Positions 42,483-52,277 of a stretch of 64,000 nt of DNA are shown one piece after another. Below the pieces are notes generated by a model. That model was not told where the DNA came from. It did not search any database and was given only the letters and a program-made list of their open reading frames with translations. Origin of the DNA: an uncultured Desulfobacterales bacterium (GTDB lineage Bacteria > Desulfobacterota > DSM-4660 > Desulfatiglandales > HGW-15); NCBI GenBank assembly GCA_964443135.1, contig CAYUBQ010000002.1:10888-74887 (forward strand). The letters are read 5' to 3'. How positions within the stretch are numbered: the stretch's first letter is position 1; the number at the start of each line of letters is the position of its first letter. The translations under genes and the position numbers were made by a program.

Positions 42483-43229
42483 ATGAAGGAAAGGGTGTCC
42501 ACGACCCGGCAGGTGGTCGACACCATCGTCTCCGGTATCCGCAAGGGGACGTTCCAGCCCGGCCTGCGGCTCCCGTCCCAGCGGGAGATGTCCCGGCTGT
42601 TCGGCGTGAGCCGGACTGCGGTCCGGGAAGCCATCAAGATCCTGGAAGGCCGGGGGATCGTTGCGAGCCGGCGGGGAAGCGGCATCTTCATCCGCAAGGG
42701 ACCGGACGGATTGTGCGTGGGGGACAATGTCCGTTCCGGCCGGGCCCTGGTGATGAGCACGGAGGAGGTGATGTCCTTCGCCCGGCAGATCTGGTATGCC
42801 TCCCTGGAGCAGGCCGTGCAACAGGCCACGGACGAGGAGATCGCCCAGCTCCACGCCCTGAGCCGCGAGTTCCACGAAGGCTGCAGCAACGCCACACCGA
42901 TTCAGGAGGCGTACATCTACGAGACCTCCTTCGGCATGAGGATATGCAAGGCGTCAGGAAACCCGCTGAACTACGCGATCATGCTCCAGCTTCTCGAGAT
43001 CACCACGGACATCGACTACGGTGTCGTGTCGGACCGTGCCCTGTACAAGAAGGTCACCGCCATCGATCTTCGCATCACGGAGGCCATGAAGGAGCGGGAC
43101 ACGGGCCGGGCCCTTCTCTGGGCCGGGGAGAGGGACCGTGAGATCCAGAAGATCGTCGGACGCCGGCCCGGGCTGGTGGAGGATCGGCGCTACAACATCC
43201 TCCTGAGCCTCTCCCTGCAGGACGCTTGA
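42483..43229 (+). CDS. GntR-family transcriptional regulator (FadR/FCD subfamily)
   Basis: N-terminal wHTH LPSQREMSRLFGVSRTAVREAIKILEGRGIV plus an all-helical C-terminal FCD-like domain. Confidence 0.88.
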   Translation: MKERVSTTRQVVDTIVSGIRKGTFQPGLRLPSQREMSRLFGVSRTAVREAIKILEGRGIVASRRGSGIFIRKGPDGLCVGDNVRSGRALVMSTEEVMSFARQIWYASLEQAVQQATDEEIAQLHALSREFHEGCSNATPIQEAYIYETSFGMRICKASGNPLNYAIMLQLLEITTDIDYGVVSDRALYKKVTAIDLRITEAMKERDTGRALLWAGERDREIQKIVGRRPGLVEDRRYNILLSLSLQDA

Positions 43230-43267
43230 CCACGAACCTCATCCACACGCTCCCCGTCTTCCACCTT

Positions 43268-43345
43268 TGACGGATCCCAAAAACCCGCTCACCCGCCGCT
43301 GGAAACGCCATAACCTATTGATGTTCCCGGGGCAGATCTCAAGGA
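43268..43345 (+). repeat. copy C (5' two-thirds) of the ~106-nt repeat family
   Basis: TGACGGATCCCAAAAACCCGCTCACCCGCCGCTGG...GGGGCAGATCTCAAGGA. It has a 14/14 block AAAAACCCGCTCAC and an 11/12 core versus copy B. The 3' arm is missing. Confidence 0.65.
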
Positions 43346-43575
43346 GCGCGTGAGGCGACTGCGCGAGCTCGGCGGCAGGCCCCGGCGCAGGCGGCCCCTG
43401 GTCGATGGAGGCCGCCCCCGGACGACCGGCATGCCGGAGCACGTGCGGCGGCAGGCGCCGTCCCAGGTGGCACGTGGGCGGGCTCTGGTTCCGAGGGAGG
43501 GGAACACGCGGAACCTGGGCGGTCCGGAATGCCGTTTGCATGTCGAATCAAGGAGATGGGAGCCATTCGGGCGGC

Positions 43576-43604
43576 TTGACCCCGGGGAAAACACGGTGTA
43601 ACAT
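43576..43604 (+). promoter_or_regulatory. sigma70-type promoter candidate for the plus-strand pel genes (TTGACC-N17-TAACAT)
   Basis: Hexamers at 43576-43581 and 43599-43604, about 100 nt upstream of pelC. Confidence 0.4.
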
Positions 43605-43702
43605 GGCGGATCTCATAACCTTTGATTTTTCGGTCATTTGTGGAACACCATCTCGAGTCCGGCAACCTGCGGGGGTCCCTGAACCAGGGCGGGGGGAGAC
43701 GC

Positions 43703-44263
43703 ATGGCGAAGAGAAGCAAGAGGGTTGCAGCAATCGGCGCCGTCATTTTGACGTTTCTGGCGGGGTGCGCCTACCAGCGAGGGACGGTGGAGACGGGGAC
43801 CGTGCTCCAGGAAGGGCGGCACGCCGCGATCCTTCCGCTGGTGAACCTCACCACCTACCCCCACGCCGGCCGCATCGTCGGGGACCTGCTGACCACGGAG
43901 ATGTACGCGTCCTCCGGCTTTCGGATCATGGAGAGCACCGAGATGCTCGAACGGCTCAAGGGCGATGAGGAGGATCTCGACCGGGTCCTGGACCGCACGG
44001 TGGCGCAGAGGATCGGCGCACGGCTGGCGGTGGACACGGTGGTCTTCGGCTCGGTCACCGAGTACCGCTACAAGCGCGGTCTGGACGAGGACCCCGTGGT
44101 CGGGATCAACATCCGCATGCTGGACGTGAAGAGCGGGAACATCCTCGCGGTCGGCAGCCGATCCGAGACGGGCGGTTGCTTCTGGTTCTGCGAGGACTCC
44201 CTGAACCGCCTGGCCCAGAAGGTCTGCCACGACCTCGTGCGCCGGATGGTCAAGGTGAATTGA
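43703..44263 (+). CDS. pelC: PelC-like outer-membrane lipoprotein
   Basis: Lipobox LTFLAGC, about 170-aa mature size. AAILPLVNLTTYPHAGRIVGDLLTTEM...VVFGSVTEY fits the PelC/CsgG-like fold. Supported by the pel gene context. Confidence 0.65.
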   Translation: MAKRSKRVAAIGAVILTFLAGCAYQRGTVETGTVLQEGRHAAILPLVNLTTYPHAGRIVGDLLTTEMYASSGFRIMESTEMLERLKGDEEDLDRVLDRTVAQRIGARLAVDTVVFGSVTEYRYKRGLDEDPVVGINIRMLDVKSGNILAVGSRSETGGCFWFCEDSLNRLAQKVCHDLVRRMVKVN

Positions 44264-45768
44264 GTCCGAGTCTCCGCCAGAACCGCCGGTTTCGACCCCT
44301 GCTTCCCGTCCTGGTCCTGCTGGCCTGGGGCCTCTGGGGGACCGTCGGCCTCCCCGGTCCGGACCGGGACGCCCGGGCGGAACCGGCCGCCGGAGAGGCC
44401 GATCCCGGAACCGAGGCCCTGCCGCCGGCCCTCGTGAGGCAGATGGACCTGATCCGCGCCCGGATCCTGGCCCGGAAGGGCCTGGTCCCCGACTCCCTCT
44501 CCCTGTACCGGGACCTCCGCGCCCGCTACCCCGGGGACCGGGAGATCTGGATCGACTACATCGAGACCCTGGTCAACGAAGGGTTCTTCGAGGCGGCCGG
44601 GGGCGAGCTGAGCCGGTTCCTGGACCGGTATCCCGGCGACCCCCGCGCCTCCCGCATCCGGGCGAGGCTCCTCTACGAGCAGGGTCGGTTCGAGGCCGCC
44701 TTTCCCGTGTACGAGGGGCTCCTCCGGACGTTCCCCGAGGACGCGGGGATCTGGTCCGACTACGGCTACGCCCGGCAGGAGACCGGCGACTGGGCCGGCG
44801 CGCTCGACTGCTTCTCGCGGGTCCTGGAGCTCGACCCGGAGAACGGCGACGTCCTCCGCAGCCTTCACGGCATCCTTCGCGATCACCTGCCCAGGCTGGA
44901 CGCGGGCTTCCGTCTCTACCGCCAGGACGAGGGGGATGCGGACTGGACCACATGGTTCCTCCGCTACGAACGGCACTGGACGGAGCGCTCCTGGTGGACC
45001 TTCTCCTACGACCGGATCCGGATGGAGCGGTCCGAGCAGCCCTTTCTTCCGGCCGTGAACGAGACCGTCCACGACGCCTCGGTCCGGGCCGCCTACACCT
45101 TCAACCGCCTTTTCACGGGCCGGGCCGGGGCCGCCGTCTTCTCGGGCATGGGCGGCGGGGCCGGCGCGTTTCTCGGGCTGGAGGCCCGGCCGACCCGGGG
45201 CCTGGTCCTGCGTGCGGACTACGCGCACGCCCGGCCCTGGTACGACCCCATGGAGGCCGTGGCCGAGGAGGGCCGGGAGCACCCCCTGGTGATCTCGGCG
45301 GACTGGTCCGGCTGGGACCCGTGGCTCTTGTACGCGGAGGCGCGGCAGACCGACTACGAGGTCCGGGACCTGGAGGAGTACGGACGCCGGAGAGGGGTTC
45401 TGGGCGTGCTCTCGAGGCGCTTCGGCCACAACCCGCTCCTTCTGGTGAGCTACACCTGGGCCCGGACCCGGTTCGAGTACGGGAGCGAGACCTTTCGGCC
45501 CGTCCTCCTGATCGAGCGGGAGCACGTGCATGGGCTCTCCGCCCTCCTCGAGCACCGGCCCTGCACCTACTGGACCTACCGCCTCTACGGCGGGGTCCGG
45601 AGGGACACCGCCCGCGATCTGGACGCCTGGTTCGTCCGCCCGGAGATCCTGGTCCGGCTGGGGAACCGGGTGGAAGGACGCTTCTCCTTCGAGCAGTCGA
45701 GCGAGGCGGGAAACGTGCTCGGCGGCACCAGCCGCACCTTCGAGGCGGGTCTCCGTGTCCTGTTCTGA
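44260..45768 (+). CDS. TPR + C-terminal beta-barrel outer-membrane protein (PelB C-terminal porin-like)
   Basis: N-terminal signal/TM, then TPRs (YRDLRARYPGDREIW, LSRFLDRYPGDPRA...). The C-terminal half has alternating beta-strand patterns and ends ...FEAGLRVLF (terminal Phe). The start is uncertain: TTG 44260 overlaps the pelC stop. Confidence 0.6.
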   Translation: MSPSLRQNRRFRPLLPVLVLLAWGLWGTVGLPGPDRDARAEPAAGEADPGTEALPPALVRQMDLIRARILARKGLVPDSLSLYRDLRARYPGDREIWIDYIETLVNEGFFEAAGGELSRFLDRYPGDPRASRIRARLLYEQGRFEAAFPVYEGLLRTFPEDAGIWSDYGYARQETGDWAGALDCFSRVLELDPENGDVLRSLHGILRDHLPRLDAGFRLYRQDEGDADWTTWFLRYERHWTERSWWTFSYDRIRMERSEQPFLPAVNETVHDASVRAAYTFNRLFTGRAGAAVFSGMGGGAGAFLGLEARPTRGLVLRADYAHARPWYDPMEAVAEEGREHPLVISADWSGWDPWLLYAEARQTDYEVRDLEEYGRRRGVLGVLSRRFGHNPLLLVSYTWARTRFEYGSETFRPVLLIEREHVHGLSALLEHRPCTYWTYRLYGGVRRDTARDLDAWFVRPEILVRLGNRVEGRFSFEQSSEAGNVLGGTSRTFEAGLRVLF

Positions 45769-45811
45769 CCGGGAAATCGCACCAACCGCCCTTGAAGGCG
45801 CCGTTTTCGTG

Positions 45812-46651
45812 ATGAAATTGAAACCAAGCCTCGACACCTGGCTCTGCTTCTACGGGCTGGAGGCCCCTCCCGAGGCCTACGCCCGGTTCGACCTGGTGGT
45901 CTTCGACAGCACCTGGCACCCCGACCTGGTGCGGAGGGAGGACGGGGGGCCCGTGATCCTGGGCTACCTGAGCGCGGCCGAGGTCCTGGAGGGGGGGCCC
46001 TTCTGGCCCCGGGCGGCGGGGCGGGACATCCTGGTCCGGAAGAAACCCCAATGGAACTCCTGGGTCCTGGACCTGCGCGACCCGGCCTGGCGGGATTTCC
46101 TGGTCCGCGAGGCGGTGCCCGGGATCCTGGAGCAGGGCTTCGACGGCATCCTCCTGGACACCCTGGACTCGGCCCTGGCCCTGGAGCTCTGGACGGACCC
46201 GGCCCGCTGGCGCGGGACCCGGGAGGCCGTGATCCGGCTGGTGGAGGAGATCCGCCGCTCCCGGCCGGACACGCTGATCGCGGTCAACCGGGCGCTCCCG
46301 GTCCTGGGGGAGATCGCCCCCTCTCTGGACCTCCTGGTCCTGGAGGGCCTCTCCAGTGTCTACGGAGGCCCGGGGACCGGGTACGTGCCCGTTGCGCCGG
46401 AGGAGCGGCGGCGCCTCCTCGAATGGCTGGAGGCGGGCCGGGCAGAGCGGCCGGGGCTCCCGGTCCTCACCCTGGACTACGCCCCGGAGGACCGGCCGGA
46501 CCTCGTGAACAACGCCGTGGCCCGGGCCCGGCGGAAAGGATTCGTCCCCTATGTCAGCACGCTCGAGCTGGACCGGATCTACCGTCACACGCTGGACGGC
46601 GGCTGCACTCCTGGCGGCGCTCCTCGCCCTTCCGGCGGCGGCGCCGGCTGA
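45812..46651 (+). CDS. TM1410/GH114-like putative glycoside hydrolase (PelA hydrolase-domain analogue), no obvious signal peptide
   Basis: WLCFYG...VILGYLSAAEV...WNSWVLDLRDPAWRDFLV...GFDGILLDTLDSA, the TIM-barrel pattern of this family. Confidence 0.65.
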   Translation: MKLKPSLDTWLCFYGLEAPPEAYARFDLVVFDSTWHPDLVRREDGGPVILGYLSAAEVLEGGPFWPRAAGRDILVRKKPQWNSWVLDLRDPAWRDFLVREAVPGILEQGFDGILLDTLDSALALELWTDPARWRGTREAVIRLVEEIRRSRPDTLIAVNRALPVLGEIAPSLDLLVLEGLSSVYGGPGTGYVPVAPEERRRLLEWLEAGRAERPGLPVLTLDYAPEDRPDLVNNAVARARRKGFVPYVSTLELDRIYRHTLDGGCTPGGAPRPSGGGAG

Positions 46652-48668
46652 GGTCCCTCTCCAGAGAAAGGTGCTGGTGCTCCTGGACCGGGAGGGCCCC
46701 CGGGCCCATCTGGAGAACATCGTCTACGAGACCTGCCAGATGGTGCTCAACTACTACGGCATGCTGCCGGAGTACCGGAACGTCGACGCCGGCCCGCTTC
46801 CCGGCGACGAGGCCATGGCCGCCTACCGGGGCGTGATCACCGCCTTTTCCGGGAGCGGGCCCGAGGACTCGAAGGCGTGTCTGGCGTGGCTCCTCCGGCA
46901 GATGGAGGCCGGCCGGAAGCTGATCGTGCTCGGCTCCCTCGGCGTGCCGGCGTCCGGGGACCCCGAGTCCGAGGCGGACCGCCTGGCGAGCGACGTCTAC
47001 GGCGGGCTGGGCCTCCGGCACGAGGGGAACCACACCGGCGTCCGGTCCCTTCTCCGGTACGCACGCAAGGACCCCGCAGGGATGGAGTTCGAGCGGGACC
47101 TCCCCGCCTTTCCGGAGATCTACGAGCAGTACGTGCCCACGGACGAGGACCTCCACGTCTTTCTGAGCGTCCGTCGGATCGACCGGCCCGAGTCCGAGAG
47201 CGCCGTGGTCGTCACGGGACCCGCCGGCGGTTTCGCCATGGTGGAGTACATGCGGTGGCAGGACCCGGTCACCTTCAAGAAGCAGTGGTACCTGGACCCG
47301 TTCCGGTTCTTCCGCGAGGCCCTGGGCCTCGAGTCCGCGCCCGCTCCCGACCCCACCACCCTGAACGGCCTCCGGGTGGCGATCTCCCACGTGGACGGCG
47401 ACGCGTTCAGCGGCCTCTCCCGCATCGACGACGACCAGCGCCTGTGCGGGGAGGTGATCCGGGACCGGGTCCTGGAGCGGTTCGACTTCCCCGTGACGGT
47501 CTCGGTCATCACCGGGGAGGTGGCCCCCGAGGCCCTGGGGAGCGAGCGGTTGAAGGAGCTCGCCCGGGAGATCTTCGCCCTGCCCAACGTGGAGCCTGCG
47601 AGCCACTCCTACTCCCACCCGTACTACTGGGACCCCGCCTTTTCCGGCAAGAGCCGCTACCACCGGCTCCACGGGATCGAGATCCCGGGCTACGCGTTCG
47701 ACCCGGCCGTGGAGATCGACGGGTCCGTGGCCTACATCAACCGGGAGCTGGCCCCGCCCCACAAGCCCTGCCGGGTGTTCCTCTGGACCGGGAACTGCGA
47801 GCCCCGGGCCTCGGACCTGGCCCGGTGCGACCGGCTGGGGCTCCTGAACATGAACGGGGGCGACACGCTGTTCGACGAGCTGTCCGACTCCTACACTTCC
47901 GTGGCCCCCTACTACCGGAACGTCCGGGGGGAGATCCAGGTCCACACGGGGCAGGCCAACGAGACCATCCTCACCAACCTGTGGGAGGGTCCCTATCAAG
48001 GCTACCGGAACGTCATCACCACCATGGAGCGGACCGGCTCGCCCCGCAGGGTGGCCCCCATCGACATCTACTACCACTTCTACAGCGCCGAGTACCCGGC
48101 GTCCCTCGAGGCTCTCCAGGACGTCTACGCCTGGGCCCTCGGGCAGGAGACCGCCCGCATGTTCACCTCCCGGTACCTGGAGATGGTGCAGGGATACCTG
48201 GACGCAGGCATGCGTCGGCTCGGGCCCGGCCGCTGGGAGGTTCGGGACTACGGCGCCTGCACCACCGTCCGGTTCGAGGACCCGTCCCTCCGGGTGGACC
48301 CGGGCCGGTCGGAGAACGTCCTCGGGTGGATCCGGGGGCCCCAGGGGCTCTTCGTCTCCCTGGCGCCCGACCGGGAGCGGGCCGTGGTCCAGCTGTCGGA
48401 GAACGCCGTCCCGCCCCGGGAGGCCCCACCCTGCGTGCGAAAGGCCGGCGGGCGGGTGGAAATCGTCGGGAGGGAGGAGAACCGGCTGTCTCTCCGGTAC
48501 CGGGGCTTCGGCGAGGGGATGATCCAGATCGCCGGGCTGGAGCCCGGCCGGACCTGCACGGTCTCGGGCTCCGCCCTGGGGGAGAGCGGGTTCCGGCGCG
48601 CCCCCGACGCCGACGGAACCCTGACCCTGAGCCCCGTCTTCACGGGCACGCTGGAGGTCTCATGGTGA
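46551..48668 (+). CDS. secreted polysaccharide deacetylase-like protein (CE4-type motifs; PelA deacetylase-domain analogue)
   Basis: Signal peptide WTAAALLAALLALPAAAPA. ISHVDGDAF (Asp-Asp-type motif 1) and SHSYSHPYYW (H-x-x-x-H motif 2). Overlaps the preceding gene by 101 nt in another frame. Confidence 0.65.
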   Translation: MSARSSWTGSTVTRWTAAALLAALLALPAAAPAEVPLQRKVLVLLDREGPRAHLENIVYETCQMVLNYYGMLPEYRNVDAGPLPGDEAMAAYRGVITAFSGSGPEDSKACLAWLLRQMEAGRKLIVLGSLGVPASGDPESEADRLASDVYGGLGLRHEGNHTGVRSLLRYARKDPAGMEFERDLPAFPEIYEQYVPTDEDLHVFLSVRRIDRPESESAVVVTGPAGGFAMVEYMRWQDPVTFKKQWYLDPFRFFREALGLESAPAPDPTTLNGLRVAISHVDGDAFSGLSRIDDDQRLCGEVIRDRVLERFDFPVTVSVITGEVAPEALGSERLKELAREIFALPNVEPASHSYSHPYYWDPAFSGKSRYHRLHGIEIPGYAFDPAVEIDGSVAYINRELAPPHKPCRVFLWTGNCEPRASDLARCDRLGLLNMNGGDTLFDELSDSYTSVAPYYRNVRGEIQVHTGQANETILTNLWEGPYQGYRNVITTMERTGSPRRVAPIDIYYHFYSAEYPASLEALQDVYAWALGQETARMFTSRYLEMVQGYLDAGMRRLGPGRWEVRDYGACTTVRFEDPSLRVDPGRSENVLGWIRGPQGLFVSLAPDRERAVVQLSENAVPPREAPPCVRKAGGRVEIVGREENRLSLRYRGFGEGMIQIAGLEPGRTCTVSGSALGESGFRRAPDADGTLTLSPVFTGTLEVSW

Positions 48669-51268
48669 GCCCGGAGAATGCCGGGAAGGAGCTGGACCCG
48701 GCCACGGAACCCACCGGATCCAAAGCCGCTTCCGGCTACAACCGCCTCTCCCTGATGCGGTTCCGGGCGTGGCAGATTCTCCTCGTGCTGCTGGTGCTGG
48801 CCGGGGTCTCCTTTCTCCTGTTCCCGCGCGAGCGGAGGCTCGTCGACTTTCACCTGGAGCGGGGCCGGACCCGGGACGCCCTGGTCGAGCTCGACCGCAT
48901 GCTGAGGAAGAGGCCGACCGACCCGGCGCTCCTGGAGCTCGCGGCCGAGACCCGCTTTCGAGCCGGCGACATGGAGGAGGCGATCCGCCTGCAGGAGCAG
49001 GCCGCCCGGCTCTCCCCGGGGGACAAGAGCGCCTGGGAACGGCTCGCCCGGTTCCACGAGTGGAGCCGGAACCCGGCGGAGGCCCTCAGGGTCTACGAGC
49101 GCATCGCCTCCCTGGAGCCCGCGGACCGGGCGGCCCGGGAGAAGATCATCGAGTACGCCCGCTACCTGGGGCGCACCGACCTGGAGGCTGCGGCCGTGGC
49201 GAGCCTCCTGGAGCACGGCGAGGAGCCGGGCCCCGGGGAGGAGCCCCTCCTTCGGGAGCTGACCCGGACCCTGAAGGCCCTGGCCGGGGAGCGAACAGCC
49301 GGTGGGGAGGATCCCCTGCTCGACGAGCTTCTGGTCCGGCTCCACCTGGTGCGATCGGACCTCCTCGAGGAGCGGGGCGAGACCGGGATCTCCGAGGCGG
49401 CCCGGACGGACGCGGCGGAGGCCGCCCTCCACTTCTTCCTGGTGAACGGCCGGCTGGACGACGGCCGAGCCTTCGGCCGGCGTCTGGACCGGAGTCTCCA
49501 GGAGGGCGTGGCCTTCCGCCGGACCTGGGTGGACCTCCTCCGCTGGAACGGGCTCCCGGAGCGTGCCCTGGCCCTGCTGGACGAACTCCTCCAGGAGGAG
49601 CCCGGGAACCGGGAGCTCCTGCGCCTCGCCGGGGAGATCGCCGCTCGGACCGGAAACGTCCGGCGGCTCGCCCTCTCGCTCGAGGAGCAGCTTCGGCTCG
49701 ACCCGGAGTCCGAGAGGCTTCGGGCCTCCCTGGCCGAGCTCTACCGGTTCTCCGGCGATCCCGGCCGGGCCGTTTCCCTGTACGAGGCCCTCCACCGGGA
49801 TCACCCCCGGAACCGGGCCTACCTGGACGCCATGCTTGCAGCGGCCGAGGACGCCGCCGACCCCGCGATCAAGGTGCGGGCCGCGGATTTGGCGGCCGGT
49901 GTGGATCCCCGGGACGCCGACCTCCTCGAACGGCGGGCGGAGCTCTACCTGGCCGCGGAGAAGCCGGGAAAGGCCTGGCCCCTCCTGAGCGTTCTGGCCG
50001 GGCGGGCCGGGGGGGACGAGAAGGCGGTCCGGAGGATGCTCGAGGTGGCCGGGTACACGGACGATCCGGGGACCCTGAAGAAGGCCCTGTCCCAGGCCCT
50101 CTCCCTGAGGCCGACGGACCGGGACCTGCGCCTGGAGGCTGCGGACGCCTTCCTCTGGCTGGAGGGGCCGGAGCGGGCCTACCGGGCCCAGCTCGAGCTC
50201 GTGAAACAGGGCGGCGCCACGCGAGAGGACGTGTTCCGTCTGATCGAGCTGGCCCTGTTCACGAACCGGCCCGAGAACGAGCGGGAGGCCGTGACGCTGG
50301 CCGCCCGGCGGCTCCGGGGACCGGAAGTGCGCGTCCTTCGCGACCGCGCCGCGCAGCTCCCGGAGGGCCTCTCGGACCAAGAAATGCTCGCGGCCGTTCG
50401 GACCTACCTGGATCGGCACCCCGGGGACACCGCCTTCCGGGACCGCCTGATCCGGCTCTACATCGAGTCCGGACGCCCGGGCCGGGCCGCGCCCCTCCTG
50501 GCCGACCGGTCCGAACGGTCCCCCGGCGACCTTCAAAAGGCCCTGGACGCGGGGGAGGCCTATCTCCAGGCGGACCGGCTGAAGCAGGGCCTTCCCTACT
50601 TCGAACGGGCCCTGGCCCTCGACCCGGGGAACGCGGCTCTCCAGAGACGGCTGGTGACCTACCACGGCTGGCTCGGGATGCGGGAGGAGCAGATCGCCGG
50701 GCTGATCCGGCTCGAGGAAGAGGGCCTCCTGGAGCCCGGGGAGCGGACCCGGCTGGCCGGGGCCCTCCTGGAACGGGGAGAAGGGGAACGCGCCCTGGAG
50801 ATCCTCCGGCCTGTGGAGGACCGGGACCCCCTGCCGAAGGAGGGAGGGATCCTCCTGGCCGCGGCCTACGACGCCGCCGGGCAGCGGGAGCGGGCCCTCG
50901 CCGTTTACGAGAGGCTCGCGCGGGACCACCGGGACGACCCGGCCCTCCTGGCCGAGCTGGGGGACCGGGCCCTCTGGCTGGACCGGCTGCCCGCCGCCCT
51001 GGCATTCTACGAGGCGGCCCTGCGGCTCGAGCCGAAGAACCTCCGCGCGCTCAAAGGAAGCGGCCAGATCTACGCCTGGAACAACAACCCGGAGCGGGCC
51101 ATCGCCCGGTTCGAGGCCTACAACCGGCTCGAGCCGGACGACTTCGAGGTGCGGTACCAGCTGGGGGAGCTCTACTTCGCGAACGAGCGGAAAGGTGCGG
51201 CCTTCAAGGAGTACCGGAAGACCCTGGGCCTGATCGACCGGAGGAAAAAGGCCGTCACTCCTCCTTGA
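48662..51268 (+). CDS. membrane-anchored multi-TPR protein (PelB N-terminal TPR-scaffold analogue)
   Basis: One N-terminal TM (WQILLVLLVLAGVSFLLF) followed by about 800 aa of TPR hairpins. ATG 48662 overlaps the deacetylase stop (ATGGTGA). It is the in-frame tail of track ORF 46877..51268. Confidence 0.7.
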   Translation: MVSPENAGKELDPATEPTGSKAASGYNRLSLMRFRAWQILLVLLVLAGVSFLLFPRERRLVDFHLERGRTRDALVELDRMLRKRPTDPALLELAAETRFRAGDMEEAIRLQEQAARLSPGDKSAWERLARFHEWSRNPAEALRVYERIASLEPADRAAREKIIEYARYLGRTDLEAAAVASLLEHGEEPGPGEEPLLRELTRTLKALAGERTAGGEDPLLDELLVRLHLVRSDLLEERGETGISEAARTDAAEAALHFFLVNGRLDDGRAFGRRLDRSLQEGVAFRRTWVDLLRWNGLPERALALLDELLQEEPGNRELLRLAGEIAARTGNVRRLALSLEEQLRLDPESERLRASLAELYRFSGDPGRAVSLYEALHRDHPRNRAYLDAMLAAAEDAADPAIKVRAADLAAGVDPRDADLLERRAELYLAAEKPGKAWPLLSVLAGRAGGDEKAVRRMLEVAGYTDDPGTLKKALSQALSLRPTDRDLRLEAADAFLWLEGPERAYRAQLELVKQGGATREDVFRLIELALFTNRPENEREAVTLAARRLRGPEVRVLRDRAAQLPEGLSDQEMLAAVRTYLDRHPGDTAFRDRLIRLYIESGRPGRAAPLLADRSERSPGDLQKALDAGEAYLQADRLKQGLPYFERALALDPGNAALQRRLVTYHGWLGMREEQIAGLIRLEEEGLLEPGERTRLAGALLERGEGERALEILRPVEDRDPLPKEGGILLAAAYDAAGQRERALAVYERLARDHRDDPALLAELGDRALWLDRLPAALAFYEAALRLEPKNLRALKGSGQIYAWNNNPERAIARFEAYNRLEPDDFEVRYQLGELYFANERKGAAFKEYRKTLGLIDRRKKAVTPP

Positions 51269-52277
51269 CCTTCGCCTCGAAGTGCTCGAAGGCGTCGACG
51301 ATGTCCAGATAGACGCCGTCGAACCCCGCGTCGACGATCCGGTCCAGGGCGGACGCCTCCCCGCCCATCAGGATGCGCCGCCACGCCTCCATCCAGTACT
51401 TCACCTTGTAGTTGCCCGGCCAGTCCGGGTTCTCCTCCCCGAGCCAGGGCGGGGGGGAGCTCTTCCACTCCGGCTTCCAGTAGGGCCGGTACTCCTCGGC
51501 CTCGCCGATGCTCATGTAGGCCAGCACGAAGCGGTTTCCCCCGCACGCCTTCTGCCGGAGCGCCGCGACCTCCCGGCGCGAGAAGGGGACGTCGCCGTGG
51601 AAGAAAGGATCGGTGACGACCATGTCGTACCGGGTCTCCCGCACGGCGTCCACGAAGGCGTCCCGGTCGGTGTAGCTGCACATGTTCAGGAGGTAGAGGA
51701 AGTTCTCGGCCTCCGCCGGCGAGGAAAGGGGGCGGCAGTGGTGTCGAAACGGGCGGGCCGGGTGGGCGGGAATGCGGTCCAGGGCCCGGCTGGTCGCGGC
51801 GAAGCCGATGTATCCCCGCCCGCTGTTGAGCCGGTAGGAGCGCTCGACCTGCTCCCGGCTCCGGCAGTAGTCCGTCACCAGGACCAGAAGGCCGCTTTGC
51901 TGCGCCACCGCCAGAAGCCCGTTCAGCCGGCGCCGGACCGCCTCCGGCGTGGGTCGGCCCAAGCCGCCGTACCCGAAGAACAGGCTCTCCTGGCCCACGC
52001 CGTCGACGGCCGCCACGTACCGGGCCGACACCCGGTCCCCGGGGTCCCCGCCCTCGGTCAGGAGCTGGAGCCCGTTCTGGGGCACCACGAGGAACCCGGG
52101 CCGCTGCTCCCGGGCGTAGGCGCCGATGCGCACCACCAGGTCCCGCATCTCCGCGCGGTAGTCGCGGGGCCTGCTGCCCTCGGGCTCGTCCTTACGCGGG
52201 GCCTCGCGCGTGCAGCCCCCCAGGAGGAGCAGGGAGAGAAACAGGACACAGCTCGTGGGGAAAGCGATCGCTCGCAT
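51255..52277 (-). CDS. MJ1477/TM1410-family (GH114-like) putative glycoside hydrolase lipoprotein
   Basis: Lipobox LLLLGGC. YMSIGEAEEYRPYW...WPGNYKVKYW...GFDGVYLDIVDAFE. Last gene of the minus-strand pel operon. Confidence 0.78.
   Translation of the reverse strand: MRAIAFPTSCVLFLSLLLLGGCTREAPRKDEPEGSRPRDYRAEMRDLVVRIGAYAREQRPGFLVVPQNGLQLLTEGGDPGDRVSARYVAAVDGVGQESLFFGYGGLGRPTPEAVRRRLNGLLAVAQQSGLLVLVTDYCRSREQVERSYRLNSGRGYIGFAATSRALDRIPAHPARPFRHHCRPLSSPAEAENFLYLLNMCSYTDRDAFVDAVRETRYDMVVTDPFFHGDVPFSRREVAALRQKACGGNRFVLAYMSIGEAEEYRPYWKPEWKSSPPPWLGEENPDWPGNYKVKYWMEAWRRILMGGEASALDRIVDAGFDGVYLDIVDAFEHFEAKVKEE

Noticed and set aside
43524-43540. Sigma54-like CGGAATGCCGTTTGCA upstream of pelC (correct GG-N10-GC spacing, good TTGCA -12 box)
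   Set aside because: The -24 half matches only GG plus one base. No bEBP gene is in the window. A good sigma70-type promoter lies 40 nt downstream. This could be revisited if an rpoN regulon is known for the organism.
44176-44259. ATG 44176 as the start of the TPR/beta-barrel gene
   Set aside because: It would overlap pelC by 88 nt and add a non-signal-like N-terminus. TTG 44260, overlapping the pelC stop, gives a plausible signal/TM start, though that start remains uncertain.
46877-48661. N-terminal 595 codons of track ORF 46877..51268
   Set aside because: This part is an alternative frame of the deacetylase gene and is compositionally junk. The real TPR gene starts at ATG 48662, right at the deacetylase stop, with an N-terminal TM helix.
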